Assembly: GCA_951406725.2 (NCBI GenBank)
Contig: OX597814.1
Coordinates: 100,502,001-100,566,000, forward strand
Reading direction: 5' to 3'
DNA length: 64,000 nt
Source of the DNA: Octopus vulgaris
Lineage: Eukaryota
In this document: positions 1-15,008 of the stretch, piece by piece
Numbering within the stretch: the stretch's first letter is position 1
Layout: the number at the start of each line of letters is the position of its first letter
Program-made: the position numbers and the translations under genes
Notes under the pieces: generated by a model
The model's input: only the letters and a program-made list of their open reading frames with translations
The model's database searches: none
What the model was told of the DNA's origin: nothing

Positions 1-519
1 TACCTTTTTTCACAGTCTGTCTACATTCCTCTCTCCTTTCCAATCTGTTTTTCTCTCTTTTTAGCACTGGACTTTGCCTTTATCAGTGGATTCAAGGGTT
101 CACTTTTATGTGGAAAAGAAGAAAGGCGAGAAGGGAAATCAATAGCGACTTCGAAGGCATAAGGTAAGTAGATGAATTGTATGAATAGAGAGGTATTATC
201 AACATATCGTGGTATTGCTTCTTTCTGTGTTGTCATTACAGCTGAAAAGCAAATATTTCGAAAACAAAAAAAAGACAACAACTCTACAACACATTTTACA
301 AGAGCGGCGAAATGAGAAAATAAGCATCACATAAATGATAATTTTAGAATTGTAGGGCATGATTCTAAGCATAATAAACGTGGTGTTTGCAGAAGAGAAT
401 GCCAAATAGTGAAATTCTCCGTTGAAGTGTGGCTATAATACCTTAATTTTAAACAGGACATTTCGTTGCACGCATACAAATAAACAGATTCTATATTCAG
501 GAAACATTGTGTTACGGGT

Positions 520-760
520 GTTCGGTGCGTTGTGTCCCTCTGCAAAATACTTTATTTCACGTTGCTCTAGTCCACCCAGCTGGCAAAATTGAATACTATT
601 TTTATTGTCTGTGGCCAGTTGCCACACAACTGTCACGCTGAAACTTGAGTGCTTTAAATTTATATATCTGTCTCAGCCATTGCACGTAATTTCACAAAGC
701 AGGCTGTTCCGTTGATCGGATCAACTGGAACTCTTATCGTTGTGACCGACGGAATGCCCA
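520..760 (+). mobile_element. Degenerate SINE fragment (CORE-like body)
   Basis: GCGTTGTGTCC..AAAATACTTTATTTCACGTTGCTCTAGTCCACCCAGCTGGCAAAA aligns by eye with the SINE bodies at 16048-16305 (-) and 53525-53820 (+). Confidence 0.55.
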
Positions 761-1493
761 CTATTCTAATGACAATATAGCAAATTGGACCTAGTCAAAA
801 AGCACTATTTTTTCTATCTAGACATCTCCCGTGCATATAACTTGTGTAAAAAAAGCCTGTTTTTCTTATACAATCTGGAAGAAATTCATAATCTCCATTT
901 AATAGTTTCCTCCGGAGATTTCCTTCAAGTGCGGTGTAAAAGAAATTAGATTAGTATTGTTAGTGCTGTTTTTATTTTTCTGTAAAAGAGAGGAAGAAAC
1001 AGATAACCCTCTAATTACAGGAAACTGTCCTACTATGCTTATACATTAACAGCAGATTAATTTATTTCTTAATTACACGGAGGTTATTCTAGAAGAAATG
1101 AAAGACAAATGGTTTCGTAATTGAAAAGTTATTTGCCGAGTTACCACCACGATTTTGTTAAATGTTATATGATATGAATGTAATTAAAAAAGACATCAGA
1201 AATGTTATGTAAATATAGACAGAAATTCTTATGGCGTGGCGAGTTAATAAGTAAGAAACATAGTCATAAATATAATTATTTATGAGTTTAATATGCTGCA
1301 ATATATTTTCTGTTAAGTTAGACGTCCACTGAGAAAGAATTATGAACTCACATATTATTCTATTGTAACTAAGTTTACGATGTTTGCATCACTATCATTA
1401 AGATACAAGCCTATCTATCTATGTCTCTACCTCTTGCTGGGTGCGTGTACGCACACAACCGCACACAGTCAGACAAGCAGACACACACACTCA

Positions 1494-1563
<70 letters not shown>

Positions 1564-3255
1564 ATGTTTGCGTGTGTGTATGTGGTAAAGAATACTTCAT
1601 TCCTCTAGACACAGCAATTTTGCTGTACATTTTATACACACACACACACACACGCCCAAATACATATATGCAACGAAATTACTGTTTATTTGAGTGAAAT
1701 ACTGGTTTCTGATTCTTTATTGTTAAGATAAAGTGGACTTCTAAAATATCTCCCAAATTGGCTGCAGATTAATGGGAAATCGCAAACCGTGTAGACATAC
1801 GTGTATGTCTGAAAATTAGGAGAGAGATCTGAAAATGAAGAATTATAAATAAAAAGAGGCCCTGGCGGGTAAAATAGAGTGAAAACTTGAGTTAATATCA
1901 ACATTGAAAGATAAAAAATGGCATTATTTAAATACGAAAGAGTAGGAGTGAGGGAGTAGAAAGAAAACTTCTATTCAAACTTGTTATTACCTTGATTCTG
2001 GGATTTGAACTCTGTCTCTGAACAAATATTACAAATCAATTTCTCAGATGCTCTAATGACTCCGCCAATTCACCGATACCTTCATCATTTTGTTTTCATA
2101 TGAAGCACCATTTCTAACTGGGTCGTCTTCACCCCCAACTAAATCCGGTTGAATGAAATAATTAAAATTAACCACCTTGTTTCTTTGTTGGTAGATTTTA
2201 AATACCCCTGCAAGTATTTTATTTTTTTGCATTGATATTCGAAACTTAACTTTTCCGTTGCACTTTGTTCTATAAGTGAGATCCTACTAAATGTATCTTT
2301 CACATCATCCTTCCACTCATCCCTGTATTTTTCATCACATATATATGTGCATGTGTGTATGTCTATACTTTTATAGGTACACATGTATGCGTGTGCACTC
2401 GCATCATGCGCACACTCACACACAAAAGCGCACACATAATAGCCACACATACATGGAAAATCATATGCGCATATTTTTGGCAAACTCCGGTTCAAACCCC
2501 TCACATTAATATTTTGTAATACTATTTATTGATTGCGTTGTTTATAAGATTCATTTCCTCTTCACTCCATATTTTTTATGTATTATTCTCTTAACCGTCA
2601 AGTATCGATTCTCTAAAAACAGAAAAAAAATAGGAGGAAGGAAGACCATAGAAGAAAAGACCATTCTACAAAAGGATAGTCAATTGTATTGCCACTTAGT
2701 ATTTTTATCAGATATTTATTTTATTGAATATGGTAGCATGAACGGCAAAAATGCAAGTGAAATTCTCTAGAATGAATCTGTAAGCTTGTAGAGATCTTGC
2801 AGTCAATTATTTACTTACCAGCATTCAGGCTTATGCACGGTTTCTTACAATCAGTCTTTATTTATTTTCCTTGACTTGCAGTCTCTTCATCACGTTATCT
2901 AAGGGGAAAGACTGCTGATTCAGCTTGGCACAAGTGCCATCGCGGGCGTTGCTTTCAGAAAGCAAAATGCCAGAACAAAGCTAAAGTTAATCTTAGCGAA
3001 ATTTGAACTTAGTACCTAAAGAGCCAGAAGAAATTCTTTACCGCATTTGATACTGCACACTCATAATTCTCTGCCTTGGCAACTAGCTAAATGTTGTAAA
3101 TAAACATATCGACAGCACATTATTTTGGCTGCTACTTCTAGCATTCTTAATCCTTTTACACTGTCTATTTCTCGTCTCCACTGTTACGCCTTTCTAAAGT
3201 ATCATTTTCAATTGCAGCCTCTCTCTCCTTTCTCAATTTCCCCACTCCACCTTTT

Positions 3256-3314
<59 letters not shown>

Positions 3315-3715
3315 ATTTCATTCTCTCTCTTCCTCCCTCTCTCTGTCTCTCTCTCTTTCACTCTCTCACACTCCCTCTAATGTTTTGCACATTTCTGAAC
3401 AACGTTCCTATACCCTTCTCCTTCACGCCTTTCTCTTCAAATTATTACTTCAATATCCTTCGTACTTTTCATCCAATTTCCACTGGCCTTCATTTCTTCC
3501 TTTCTTCTCCTTATCTTGCCCTCTTTCTATCTTCCTCTCCTTGTTTCCATAACTCTCGCACCATCGCGTTCTCTAGTTCTCTCCATGTGACTAGTAAGTC
3601 TCCACTATATTGACGTCACATGCTCCATTCCTCCCCTCCCTCTATGCATAAATACAAACATACATCTAAGTACTTATGAGTATAAATAAATACATATATA
3701 TACACACACACACAC

Positions 3716-3804
<89 letters not shown>

Positions 3805-4284
3805 TGTATGTATGTATGTATGTGTGTGTGTATAAAAGAAAATACCATGTTGTGATAATGTCTGGTAATCCACACACACACACGCCCAAATACATATATG
3901 CAAATTTATTGCTGATGTTGAGCTTTCTGCCGTTGTGGTCTTATTCTTCATTGTTAAGTAACAGTGTGTGGACTTGGGAGAATAAAATTTTGACATTCTA
4001 TAAGATTGCCGACAAGTTATGAGGCTCTGTGTTGTGCACGGAGCATTTGCGTGTAGACCAGCATGTGGAGAACGACTGCGAACTGAAAGTAAAAGTGAAA
4101 AAGAAAAGAAAGGCAGAAAAAACGAAATAAAAACCTCGCATGTACTTACATGACTACATATGTAAGCATATATGCGATTATAGGGTTGGGGGTTAGTGTT
4201 GAGATACACTCTGACTCTATCTCTTTCACTCCTTATATCTCTCTCTCTCACTCTCGCTACTTATACATGTGTGTATGTGTCTGT

Positions 4285-4822
<538 letters not shown>

Positions 4823-5366
4823 TACACAATTACACTCGCATGCACTAACATATTTGCACATGCACACGCTATTCGTGTTGTGTTGATTTGCGCATTTTGA
4901 TATATTGCTACTGGCGCCCTTCTGTTCACAGTCTTACCCTGTTAAGAAGTAGTTTCAATATTTATCGTTTCCGTTATATGTTGCGTCTCCAATTATCATT
5001 TTATCTATGAGGTTAGTAAGTGTTAACATATTTAAGGCATGGTACATTCGAAAGATAACTAGAGCTAATTATGTGAAGAAGAAAAAAAGACAATTTTTGT
5101 CAGAGGCTAATGTTTTTTATTATTTGTTTTTGAAGCATACTGGGGAGGTAACTCAATCGATGTTCTAATCATATCATGATCTCCTCTACGAGGTAGTTAT
5201 TTCCAGTTAGATTTTTAGTGAATTCTCCTTTAACTATATTAACACGAATTAAATTGTTGTTTCGAAATCGATAGGCTGGAGTCTTATTGGCCACATTTTT
5301 CTTAAATCTTGTTTTCTAAGGTTTTGTTTTTGTACTTGTTGTAGTTGTTGTTTATTTATGTTATTA

Positions 5367-5580
5367 AGGCGGCGAGCTGGCAGAATCGTTAACACGCCGG
5401 GGAAAATTCTTAGCGGCGTTTCGCCCGTCGCTACGTTCTGAGTTCAAATTCCGCTGAGGTCGACTTTGCCTGTCATCTCTTCGAGGATGATGAATCAAGT
5501 ATCAATGAAACACTGCGGTCGATGTAGTCGACAAGTCCCCTCCTACAAAATTTCAGGCCTTGTAACTTTATTAGAAAGGA
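5367..5580 (+). mobile_element. tRNA-derived SINE, family B
   Basis: Head AGGCGGCGAGCTGGCAGAATCGTT..GAGTTCAAATTCC (A/B-box-like) followed by GTCGACTTTGCCT..CATC; many copies in the window. Confidence 0.85.
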
Positions 5581-5593
5581 TTATTATTATTAT

Positions 5594-5797
5594 CATTTCT
5601 TTTTATCACAGGTTTTGTCGGAACCTGCGGTGTCATACACGCGTAGCGGGCTTGCTGCCCGCTGCCTATAGTACCATGATTTCTGTTCTTTTCAACTATC
5701 TAATACTTTCCTGATTATTCTGGCCATGTCAGGGAGGCGGACCATTTGTAACAGTTCCACTGAGCACTCTATTCCGTTTTCCTTTATATTCCTCTAC
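5594..5797 (-). mobile_element. RLE-type (R4/Dong-like) non-LTR retrotransposon 3' end, family 1
   Basis: Minus strand translates IKENGIECSVELLQMVRLPDMARIIRKVLDS*, a degenerate form of the C-terminal QKxxLLGTAxIxRxxL motif; followed by a 3' UTR and flanked by (TAA)n on both sides. Confidence 0.7.
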
Positions 5798-5798
5798 A

Positions 5799-5861
<63 letters not shown>

Positions 5862-5863
5862 CA

Positions 5864-6266
5864 TTGAGTGAGAGAGCAGAGCATGCTATCAAAGCCTAGT
5901 ATAACCATCATGACTACACGTCTGATAAGGGTACACCAAGTACATGCATCACAATCATATGCGCGACAGAGTGATCTCATATCAAGATAAACACCTCATG
6001 ACCTTGCAGGTGGGGCCCTGTTAGGATTTTGTTCACGTCGAGTAGCCCATCCCGCACAAAAGGTCCCTGGATAAGGGTCGTTTAGGGAGGTTGAACAAAA
6101 CCTCCTTGTTTCCAAAGGTGAATTATCCAAACCCCAAAGAATTCCTCTCAACACATGGCTATGGTGCTCCCCTACTACGTCTGCTCGTGATCAGAGATGC
6201 GCATGTTGCGAGCCACTAAGGGACATGGTAGACTGGTTTAGATCAAACAACCGACAAGCAAATTGT
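5864..6266 (-). mobile_element. Non-coding (TAA)n-associated interspersed repeat, partial copy
   Basis: Reverse complement matches the copies at 12143-12700 and 30074-30456; ends in (TAA)n. Confidence 0.8.
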
Positions 6267-6606
6267 GCGTCCCCTAAAATTGTTTGCTTTGTATCAAAAT
6301 TTGAAACAATTATCATATAATTTAGCAGTTCGGCAAAATAGACTAGGCTTACAAAGAATAAGTCCTGAGGTTGATTTGCTCGACTAAAGGTGGTGCTCCA
6401 GCATGGCCACAGTCACATGCCTGAAACAAGTAAATGAGTAAGAGTAAAGAGATATACTTGTATATACATATATACACTTGTGTATATATATATGTATATA
6501 TATATGCACATATATATCCATGTGTATGCATATATGGATATATATATATATAAACACATATGTCTATACGTGTACATATATATATATGTATATACATGTA
6601 CATATA

Positions 6607-6642
<36 letters not shown>

Positions 6643-6647
<5 letters not shown>

Positions 6648-7781
6648 TATTATAAAAGGCAGATTTTATCTGCCTCCCTTTGGGAGTTATACAAATCTAC
6701 AATATAGGATTTCTTCAATTACAATTTACCTGGCAATTTTAAGAGTACAATGCATCGCGTCATGCCAGGTCCAGTTTTTAAAATTTAAACTCCAATTAAG
6801 CAAAATTTACAGAAAACTCACATTCTGGTGTGTGTGTCAAATGCTTTTCTTAGTCTGGTTTACACCACACGCAAACGCACACACACAAAGGGAGCGAATT
6901 GTTTCACTGACGCTATCACCCTTCTCCACCTTTGTCTTTGCAAGTTGGCAGCTATTAAAGTGAAAACAGTGAATCCGACAGCGATAAAGAAAACGAATTG
7001 GTACCTGAATGGAGTGAAAATTTAAAAACTGTTTCTTTCGGTGAGTTTTCTGAAGAAACTGGACCAAGCCACAGACTTTCCCAGAAGAGTAAAGCCTTAG
7101 ACTATTTCTATTTACTTTTTCGAATGAGCCTATTTGAAATCATTACGCTAAACGTAAACAAACCGAAAGAAAGGATAGTTTGTTATTTCCCACAATCTTA
7201 AATGAAATTAAGGCCTATTTTGCCATAAATATTATTATGGGTATCAGAAAGTTACCCAGAATAACAAATTCTATCGTAAAATGTTGTTGTATACCCAATT
7301 GAATATTAGCTAATAACCCATTTTCTATAGCGATGTTTGAACAAAATTTTAATAATTTTACAGAAAGTTACTCAGAATAACAAATTCTATCGTAAAATTT
7401 TGTTGTATACCCAATTGAATATTAGCTAATAACCCATTTTCTATAGCGATGTTTGAACAAAATTTTAATAATTTTACAGAAAGTTACCCAGAATAACAAA
7501 CGAGCCCTTCTGGGTATTAGCGCGCGTCTACGATGAGTCTACGATTTAAAAAAAAATTACCATCATATTTTTCCATTTTAATGCATTTTTTTCGCTTTTA
7601 TATAAGGGAAGTAACTCTCTAAAAATATCTACGATGTGTCAACGATTTAAAGAAAAATTTACCTTAATTTTTTTTTCAATTTTTAATGCATTTTTTTGCT
7701 ACTTTTTGGCTATAACTCTCTAAAAATGCTTATATAGTTATTTCCCTTACAAACCCGAGCAACGCCGGGCGATACTGCTAG
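6643..7781 (+). mobile_element. Non-autonomous Helitron
   Basis: A|TC 5' end (6643), subterminal hairpin CCCGAGCAACGCCGGG, CTAG|T 3' end (7778-7781), inserted between A and T in (AT)n with no TSD. The same 3' end occurs at 24848. Confidence 0.85.
7245..7500 (+). repeat. 116-bp tandem repeat (about 2.2 copies) inside the Helitron
   Basis: CAGAAAGTTA recurs at 7245, 7361 and 7477 with near-identical intervening sequence. Confidence 0.9.
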
Positions 7782-7849
7782 TATATATATATATATACAT
7801 ACTTTATGTATATATATTGTGTATATGTATATATATATGCATATATGTA

Positions 7850-8070
7850 TGAGTGTGTGTGTTTGTGTGCCTGTGTCTGTGTTTTTACCACCACCATCAC
7901 TGAATACCGGTGTTGCTGTGTTTCTATCCCCATAAGTTAGTCGGTTGCAAAAGACACCGATAGAATAAGTACTATGCTTACAAAGAATATATCCTGTTGT
8001 CAATTTCTTCGAGTAAAGGTGGTTCCCTATCATGGCCACAGTCACATGATTGAAGTAAGTAAGACAATAA
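7850..8070 (+). mobile_element. SINE family A, 3' half, degenerate; another 3' fragment at about 6322-6450
   Basis: GATAGAATAAGTACT..GCTTACAAAGAATA..CATGGCCACAGTCA matches the full-length copies. Confidence 0.75.
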
Positions 8071-8121
8071 AAAACTATGACGTTTTTTATGTTGAGCAAC
8101 GCCGGGTATCTCTGCTAATAT

Positions 8122-8200
<79 letters not shown>

Positions 8201-8674
8201 TGTCTAAATATCTATTATTGTATTTGTATATGCACGTGTATACACAAACGAACGACAAATATGAACGAGGGATGCGGAATTTCGATAAGTAGAAATACAC
8301 ACATACCTACATATTTGCATACATACATATGGACATATATATATACGTATATACATGTGTGATGTACGTATGTATATATGTGTGTAGGTATGCATTCACA
8401 CGAAGGTGGGTAGATATATAGACACAGGGAGAGAGAAAGAGAGTGGGAGAGAGAAAGAGAGTGAGATAGAGATAGAGAGAGATGGTGGGATTGGAGAAGA
8501 AAAAAATCCTCCAAGATAAATTTGCTTTCTATGAGTACGTAAGTAAATATATGTTTACGTTACATTTCTGCACATCTGTATGAATTTTCATTGACATGAC
8601 TTGAGGGCCATCCATTATAAATGTGTATGTATATATATGTATATACGTATGCATGTATATATATATACGTATGC

Positions 8675-8897
<223 letters not shown>

Positions 8898-9512
8898 TAT
8901 ATACATGGTGAGAGCACAGATATATATGTACACATTGTACTTACTTATATGCGGATGATGTGTGCATGCGTGTGAGTTAATTCGAGTTTGCTCGTTAATC
9001 TCTATTTAACGGAGTTATGAACTCGTCATATATTTTTTTTATAGGATTTTCTTCTTTTTCGTTTTTATAACATCTTAAATTCATCTCTAAAATAGTTGCC
9101 AGCTATTGACTAGGTCCTTATCATATTCTACTTGTACTTCTCCTTCTCACCCCACTTCTTTCCTCTTTCTTCTTTCGACTTTTTTTTCCTTCGTGCTACC
9201 TCACCATCATCGTTCTTCTCTTCTTCTTCTCCTCGGCACCATTGTCATAATCATCATCATCATTGTCATAATCATCATCATCATCATCATCAGCCATCGT
9301 TGTCCTCGTAATCGTCACCATTCTCCTAATTATTATCATCTTCATCGTAATGTCCATCATTAGTTTTCTTTCTGTTACCAACTTTGCCATAAACATCACT
9401 CTACAAAGGCATTGTATAAAACTCTGATTTGAAAATATTAAAGAGAAACGAAGACACACACACACACACACTGACAAACACACTTGCATTTACACACACA
9501 CACGTATACACA

Positions 9513-9571
<59 letters not shown>

Positions 9572-10551
9572 TAAAACAGTGTTCAGGCGTTTTCTTAGCT
9601 GCCGTAGCTAAGTAAATCATAGACCTAAATAACTGAACATAGAGAAAAATTACGTACTTAACTATATATATATGTGTGTGTGTGTGTGGTGGGGTACGTA
9701 GGGTGTGTAAGTGTATGTGTGCATATGTGTCTTTATATATCTATATATAGTTATATCTATGTATATATATATATAGTTATATTTATGTATATATATATAT
9801 ATATAGTTATATATATATGTATATATATAATTATAGATATATAGATAAGTATATATATATGTGTGTGTGTGTGTGTGTGAGTGTGTGTGTATGTATACGC
9901 TCGTACATTATACATTGAGCGCTTTTTTATGCTATGGTGATGATGCTTCTCCTCACTGACCTGACATTTGCCCCTTTCCACTTTACTTACGTGAAGGGAA
10001 CTTTGCTGCTACTAATTAAATCAAGAAGACCAAAGAAAACAAATATCACTTTTAAATTGGATCCACAAGCCGTCTTATGAAACATCTTGCTTACGGTCGA
10101 CAAGGTAGGAAGGCAAGCGGAGGTATTTGCAGGGCAAATAAACAAGTCAGCACCCTTCACCTTCCATCGTCATCATCTTCTTTGTCGTCGTCGTTGTCGT
10201 CGTCATCGTCGTCATCGTCGTCATCATCACCTCGATTATGCGCAAATGTAGTAACAAAAGCGAATAATCAAAATACTAATAGATTTATAATCATGACAAG
10301 TAGAAGAGAAAGAGTACGGGAAGAGAGTAGGATAATAGGGATGGCGGCGGTAGTGGTGATTGTGGTGGGGGTTGGGGGGGGGGGGGGTGACGGTGACAGA
10401 AGTAGTGTTGTTGATTATGATGATACTCTCTCTTCTTCATTTTCATCTACGTGAAACGTAATACCTGTTGCATTAATTATAAAGTGGATCCCGACATATA
10501 TACATGCGATGAATCCAAATGCCGCAAAGATCCTTTCCATTTTAGTAATAT

Positions 10552-10783
10552 ACTCTTTTACTCTTTACTCTTTTACTTGTTTCAGTCATTTGACTGCGGC
10601 CATGCTGGAGCACCGCCTTTAGTCGAGCAAATCGACCCCGGGACTTATTCTTTGTAAGCCCAGTACTTATTCTATCGGTCTCTTTTGCCGAACCGCTAAG
10701 TAACGGGGTCGTAAACACACCAGCATCGGTTGTCAAGCAATGCTAGAGGGACAAACACAGACACACAAACATATACACACACA

Positions 10784-10837
<54 letters not shown>

Positions 10838-11003
10838 TACGACAGGCTTCTTTCAGTTTCCGTCTACTAAATCCACTCACAAGGCATTGGTCGGCCCGAG
10901 GCTATAGCAGAAGATACTTGCCCAAGATGCCACGCAGTGGGACTGAACCCGGAACCATGTGGTTGGTAAGCAAGCTACTTACCATACAGCCACTCCTGCG
11001 CCT
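10552..11003 (-). mobile_element. tRNA-derived SINE family A, full length
   Basis: Minus strand: AGGCGCAGGAGTGGCTG..GGTTCAGTCCC head, CTTGGGCAAGT CORE-like motif, internal (AT)/(GT) tract and (GTAAAAGA)n tail; near-identical to copies at 17001, 33647, 38034 and 51466. Confidence 0.92.
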
Positions 11004-11053
11004 ATCAATATATTAGTATATATTAAATATATTATATATATTAATAATAATAA

Positions 11054-11254
11054 TGGTTTCAAATTTTGCCACAAGAGCATCAATTTTGGTGGTGGTGGGT
11101 ACCAGTTGTTCAACTGGTACCTTTTTTGATCGATCCCGATGGATGAAAGGCTAAGTCGACCTCATCAGTATTTGAACACAGAACGGAGCGGCGGGCAAAA
11201 TACCGCTCTAGTATTTTGTCCAGCGCGCTAACAATTCTGCCAGCTCGCTGCCTT
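11054..11254 (-). mobile_element. SINE family B; further copies at 11628-11800, 11838-12053 and 13225-13370 (all -)
   Basis: Reverse complement of the family B head and of the GCCTTTCATCC..GGGTCGAT..AGTACCAG body. Confidence 0.8.
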
Positions 11255-11292
11255 AACAACTACATCAATGACAACAACAACAACAATGTCAA

Positions 11293-11382
<90 letters not shown>

Positions 11383-11387
<5 letters not shown>

Positions 11388-11570
11388 GGACTTACAAACA
11401 CATATAACATACAGAAAATTGCACTACTAGGCACTGCACACATCCTACGCAGAACACTTTTCATACAATAACCATCAGAGCATCACAACAAATCACAGCA
11501 CATACCTAAGGCACACAGAGCTGCGCTCGGTAGTGAAGTGAAAGCACGCTATAAAAATAAAACTACTGAA
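11383..11570 (+). mobile_element. RLE-type (R4/Dong-like) LINE 3' end, family 2
   Basis: Translates GLTNTYNIQKIALLGTAHILRRTLFIQ*; 3' UTR ends AAAACTACTGAA then (TAA)n; near-identical copy at 22862-23065. Confidence 0.88.
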
Positions 11571-11572
11571 TG

Positions 11573-11628
<56 letters not shown>

Positions 11629-12075
11629 CTTTCCTGCTATAGGTTCAGAGCCTGAAAATTCCGGAGAGGAGACTAGTCGATTACATCGACTCCAGTGTTT
11701 CACTGCTACTTAATTTATTGACCCCGAAAGGATGAAAAGCAAAATGGACCTCAACGGAATTTGTACTCAAAACGTAACGTCGGGTGAAATACCGCTAAGC
11801 ATTATAATAATAATAATGATGATGATGATGATGATGATGGTTTTAAATTTTTCTACAAGGGCAGCAATTTTGGGGAAGGGGATAAGTCGATTATATAAAC
11901 CCCAGTGTTCAACTGGTACTTATTTTATCGACCCCGAAAGGATAACAGATAAAGTCGATCTCAGTAGAATTTGGACTCAAAACGTTGCAACGGGCAAAAT
12001 GGAGCTAAGAATGTTGCTCAACGTGCTAAGGATTCTGCCAGCTCTCCGCCTTAAAATAATAATAATAATAATAAT

Positions 12076-12131
<56 letters not shown>

Positions 12132-12142
12132 TTAATAATATT

Positions 12143-12700
12143 AAATGTTCTGATGAAGTACTAGGCAGTGTCTTTCATTGCTACTGATCTTAACTGGCTG
12201 GAAGTATTATCATGTATATATGGTTTGTCTCAGTATAAAAGATGGCCGACAGCAAATATTCTGCTTAATAATACAGATTTGATTGTCAGTTGCTTGACCA
12301 TAACCAGTTGAGTATGTCCTTTAGTGGGTAATGATATGTGCATCACTGATCACGAGCAGGAGCAGTGAGGAAGCATCATAGTCATGTGTTGAGAGAAATT
12401 TTATGAGATTTGAATAAATCAGCTCTAGAAGCATTGGCGCTTCGTTCCTTATCCTTAACCCTCATTCAGGGACCTTTTGAGCAGGATGAGCTGCTCAACA
12501 TGAAGAAAATTCTAACTGGGCCCCACTTGCAAGGTCATACGCTATTTATCTTGATACAAGCTCACCATATCGCTCACATATGGTTGTGATGCGTATGCCT
12601 GGTGTTCCCTTATCAGACGGGTAGTCATTATGGGTACATTGGAATTATTATATTTGTACACCAGTGTAACTTTTATGGCATCCATTGCTGCCTCACTGAA
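12143..12700 (+). mobile_element. Non-coding (TAA)n-associated interspersed repeat, longest copy (about 560 bp); partial copies at about 13390-13710
   Basis: Shared with 30074-30456 (+) and 5864-6266 (-); flanked by (TAA)n. Confidence 0.8.
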
Positions 12701-12789
12701 TAATACTAACAATAATAATGATGATGAATGAGGGGAGAATAAAAAGACAAACATACAGTGTGGGTATTTACATATAATGAACTGATAAC

Positions 12790-13208
12790 AAAAAATAAAG
12801 AGCAAGTGTAATTGGGATACAATGAAAAGAAAGGGTAAAATAGCGTATAAAGTTGAAAAGAAAAGAAAGGGAGGATATTAATATAGCCTTCCTAATACAG
12901 AAGGACCTCTAGAAAGAACCGGGGAAACCCACCATCCAAGATCTGCCCGAACACCAAGGGCAAATACCCTTACTAATTCCTTTTCTTAGATTCACAGTTC
13001 TACACTTAGAGAAGTACCATCCACTTTTGCCATTTTCACAACTTTCACCCACCTTTCAATGAACTCACTCGAGGACAACACTTCTCTCTCCACCCTCGGC
13101 TTCTTTTTCTTGAAAAAGTCAATGAGTCCTTTCCCAAGGAGGAATATATTTGTCTTCATGCCTTTCAGCCCCGTCCAGCAGACAACCTCTTACGCCACAG
13201 CCACCAAG
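12790..13208 (-). mobile_element. L1/Tx1-like LINE ORF2 3' fragment (pseudogenised)
   Basis: Minus strand translates LVAVA*EVVCWTGLKGMKTNIFLLGKGLIDFFKKKKPRVEREVLSSSEFIERWVKVVKM, resembling the Tx1-type ORF2 C-terminus (AKxxIWxxR...FxxRW). Confidence 0.6.
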
Positions 13209-14276
13209 TAAAGGAGAACTGCCTGGTTTCAAATTTTGGCCCCAGTACTCAACAGGTACTTATTTTATCGACCCTGAAAGGATGAAAGGCAAAATGCACC
13301 TCGGCAAAACTTGAACTCAGAATGTAGAAACAACAAAATGTTGCTAAGTATTTTGCCCGGCATGTTAAGAGGAATCCTTTGGCTTCCTGTAATTCACCTC
13401 TGGAAATATGGGTGTTTCTTTCATCATCTTTAAACAAACCTTATTCAGAGACCTTTTGAGCTGAATGGGTTTTAAAGCCTTAAGAAAATTCTAACTAGGA
13501 CCTACCTGCAATATCAAGCGTTGTTCATCTTGCTATGAGATCAGCATGTGCATCTCTACTCATAAGCAGGAGTAGCCATGTTCTTCGAGGTATGAATAAT
13601 TCGCCCCTAGAAATATGCATGTTTTTATTTATCATCCGTAAAAAAAAAAACTTATTCAGTGACCTTTTGAGCAGTATGGACTACTAGACATGAAGAAAAT
13701 TGTATTGGTTCAAATTACAAAAGTACATAAGACATATTTGAAAGAACTTTTGCCAAAAGCATCGAAAGAGGCTGATTCAAAGTAAGATAACAGCATTGAT
13801 GACAGCAACAGGAACCACAAATGCAGCAGGTCATAGAAACAGCTATTTTCAGAAAATCTCCTATGGAACTCAGAGGAGAACGAGTTGAAGCATTTGTTCA
13901 TCAGAACCAGAAGTATCTTTCTCTCTACTTATCCATACAATTTTTAAACTGGTGCAACTACATTCTTCCTCGCATTCATTATCATATCTGCTAACATTTA
14001 CGGTGTATAACGTCTCCGTATAATGAATGATCACATGCAAACATGCGCAATACATGCATTATGTGTACGTGTTTATGTTTCCCTTGTGCTAATGTCGGTG
14101 TGTCTTTATATAAATGTGTGGGGGGTGGGGCTGTATATACACTTTCACATGCACGTAGTAAGCTGTTCACTTAGGTCCGCCCTCCAATAAATCTCTCTTA
14201 TTTAACATGCGATCTTGATTATATGGACGTAACGACACAGGGAGAAATATTTATGTGTGTGCGTGTGTGTGCGTGC

Positions 14277-14377
<101 letters not shown>

Positions 14378-14743
14378 TATACATATACATACATATATAT
14401 ATGTGCATGTGTATGGATATGAAGATATACATATGAGGAGGGCGCATTTACAGGAAATCAATTAAGTCTACTTACATTTGTTTTCCATCAACGGAAATGG
14501 CCTCTACGTCATCAACAGGAAGCATATCGAAGATCTCACTCGTTAACATGACACGTGTCTAAATAGACATGCCACTAGTACAAAGATTCGAAACCCCAGA
14601 CAGAAAATTCTCTAGTTTTTGTGCTGCAAAGATACCTGTTCCCTCCTGCTGTCTAGCTACATCCGTTCTGTCTGTCACACTATTTACCTACGCCCTCCAT
14701 ATTTATAACCCTCTGCCTAATTATGTATCTATACATCCATCCA

Positions 14744-14792
<49 letters not shown>

Positions 14793-15008
14793 TTATCTCT
14801 CACATATACCCTCTCAGTAACAAAAAAAAGCATACGTAATATATAGAGTAGATAAAAACTGGTCTTTGGAAAGTATTTATTACTGCAGTTGTCAAGTGCT
14901 ATTCATATTCAATTAGAATTACTTGGAACAGCGGTATTAAGCGCTTAGAGTGAAAGAGTAAATGCAAAGCATTAATTTTCAATATGATGGAAATATGCAT
15001 CTGCTTAT

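Noticed and set aside
442-539. Apparent minus-strand exon (TTTTGCAG acceptor, AAG|GTATT donor)
   Set aside because: The acceptor lies inside a SINE fragment and no frame gives a recognisable protein.
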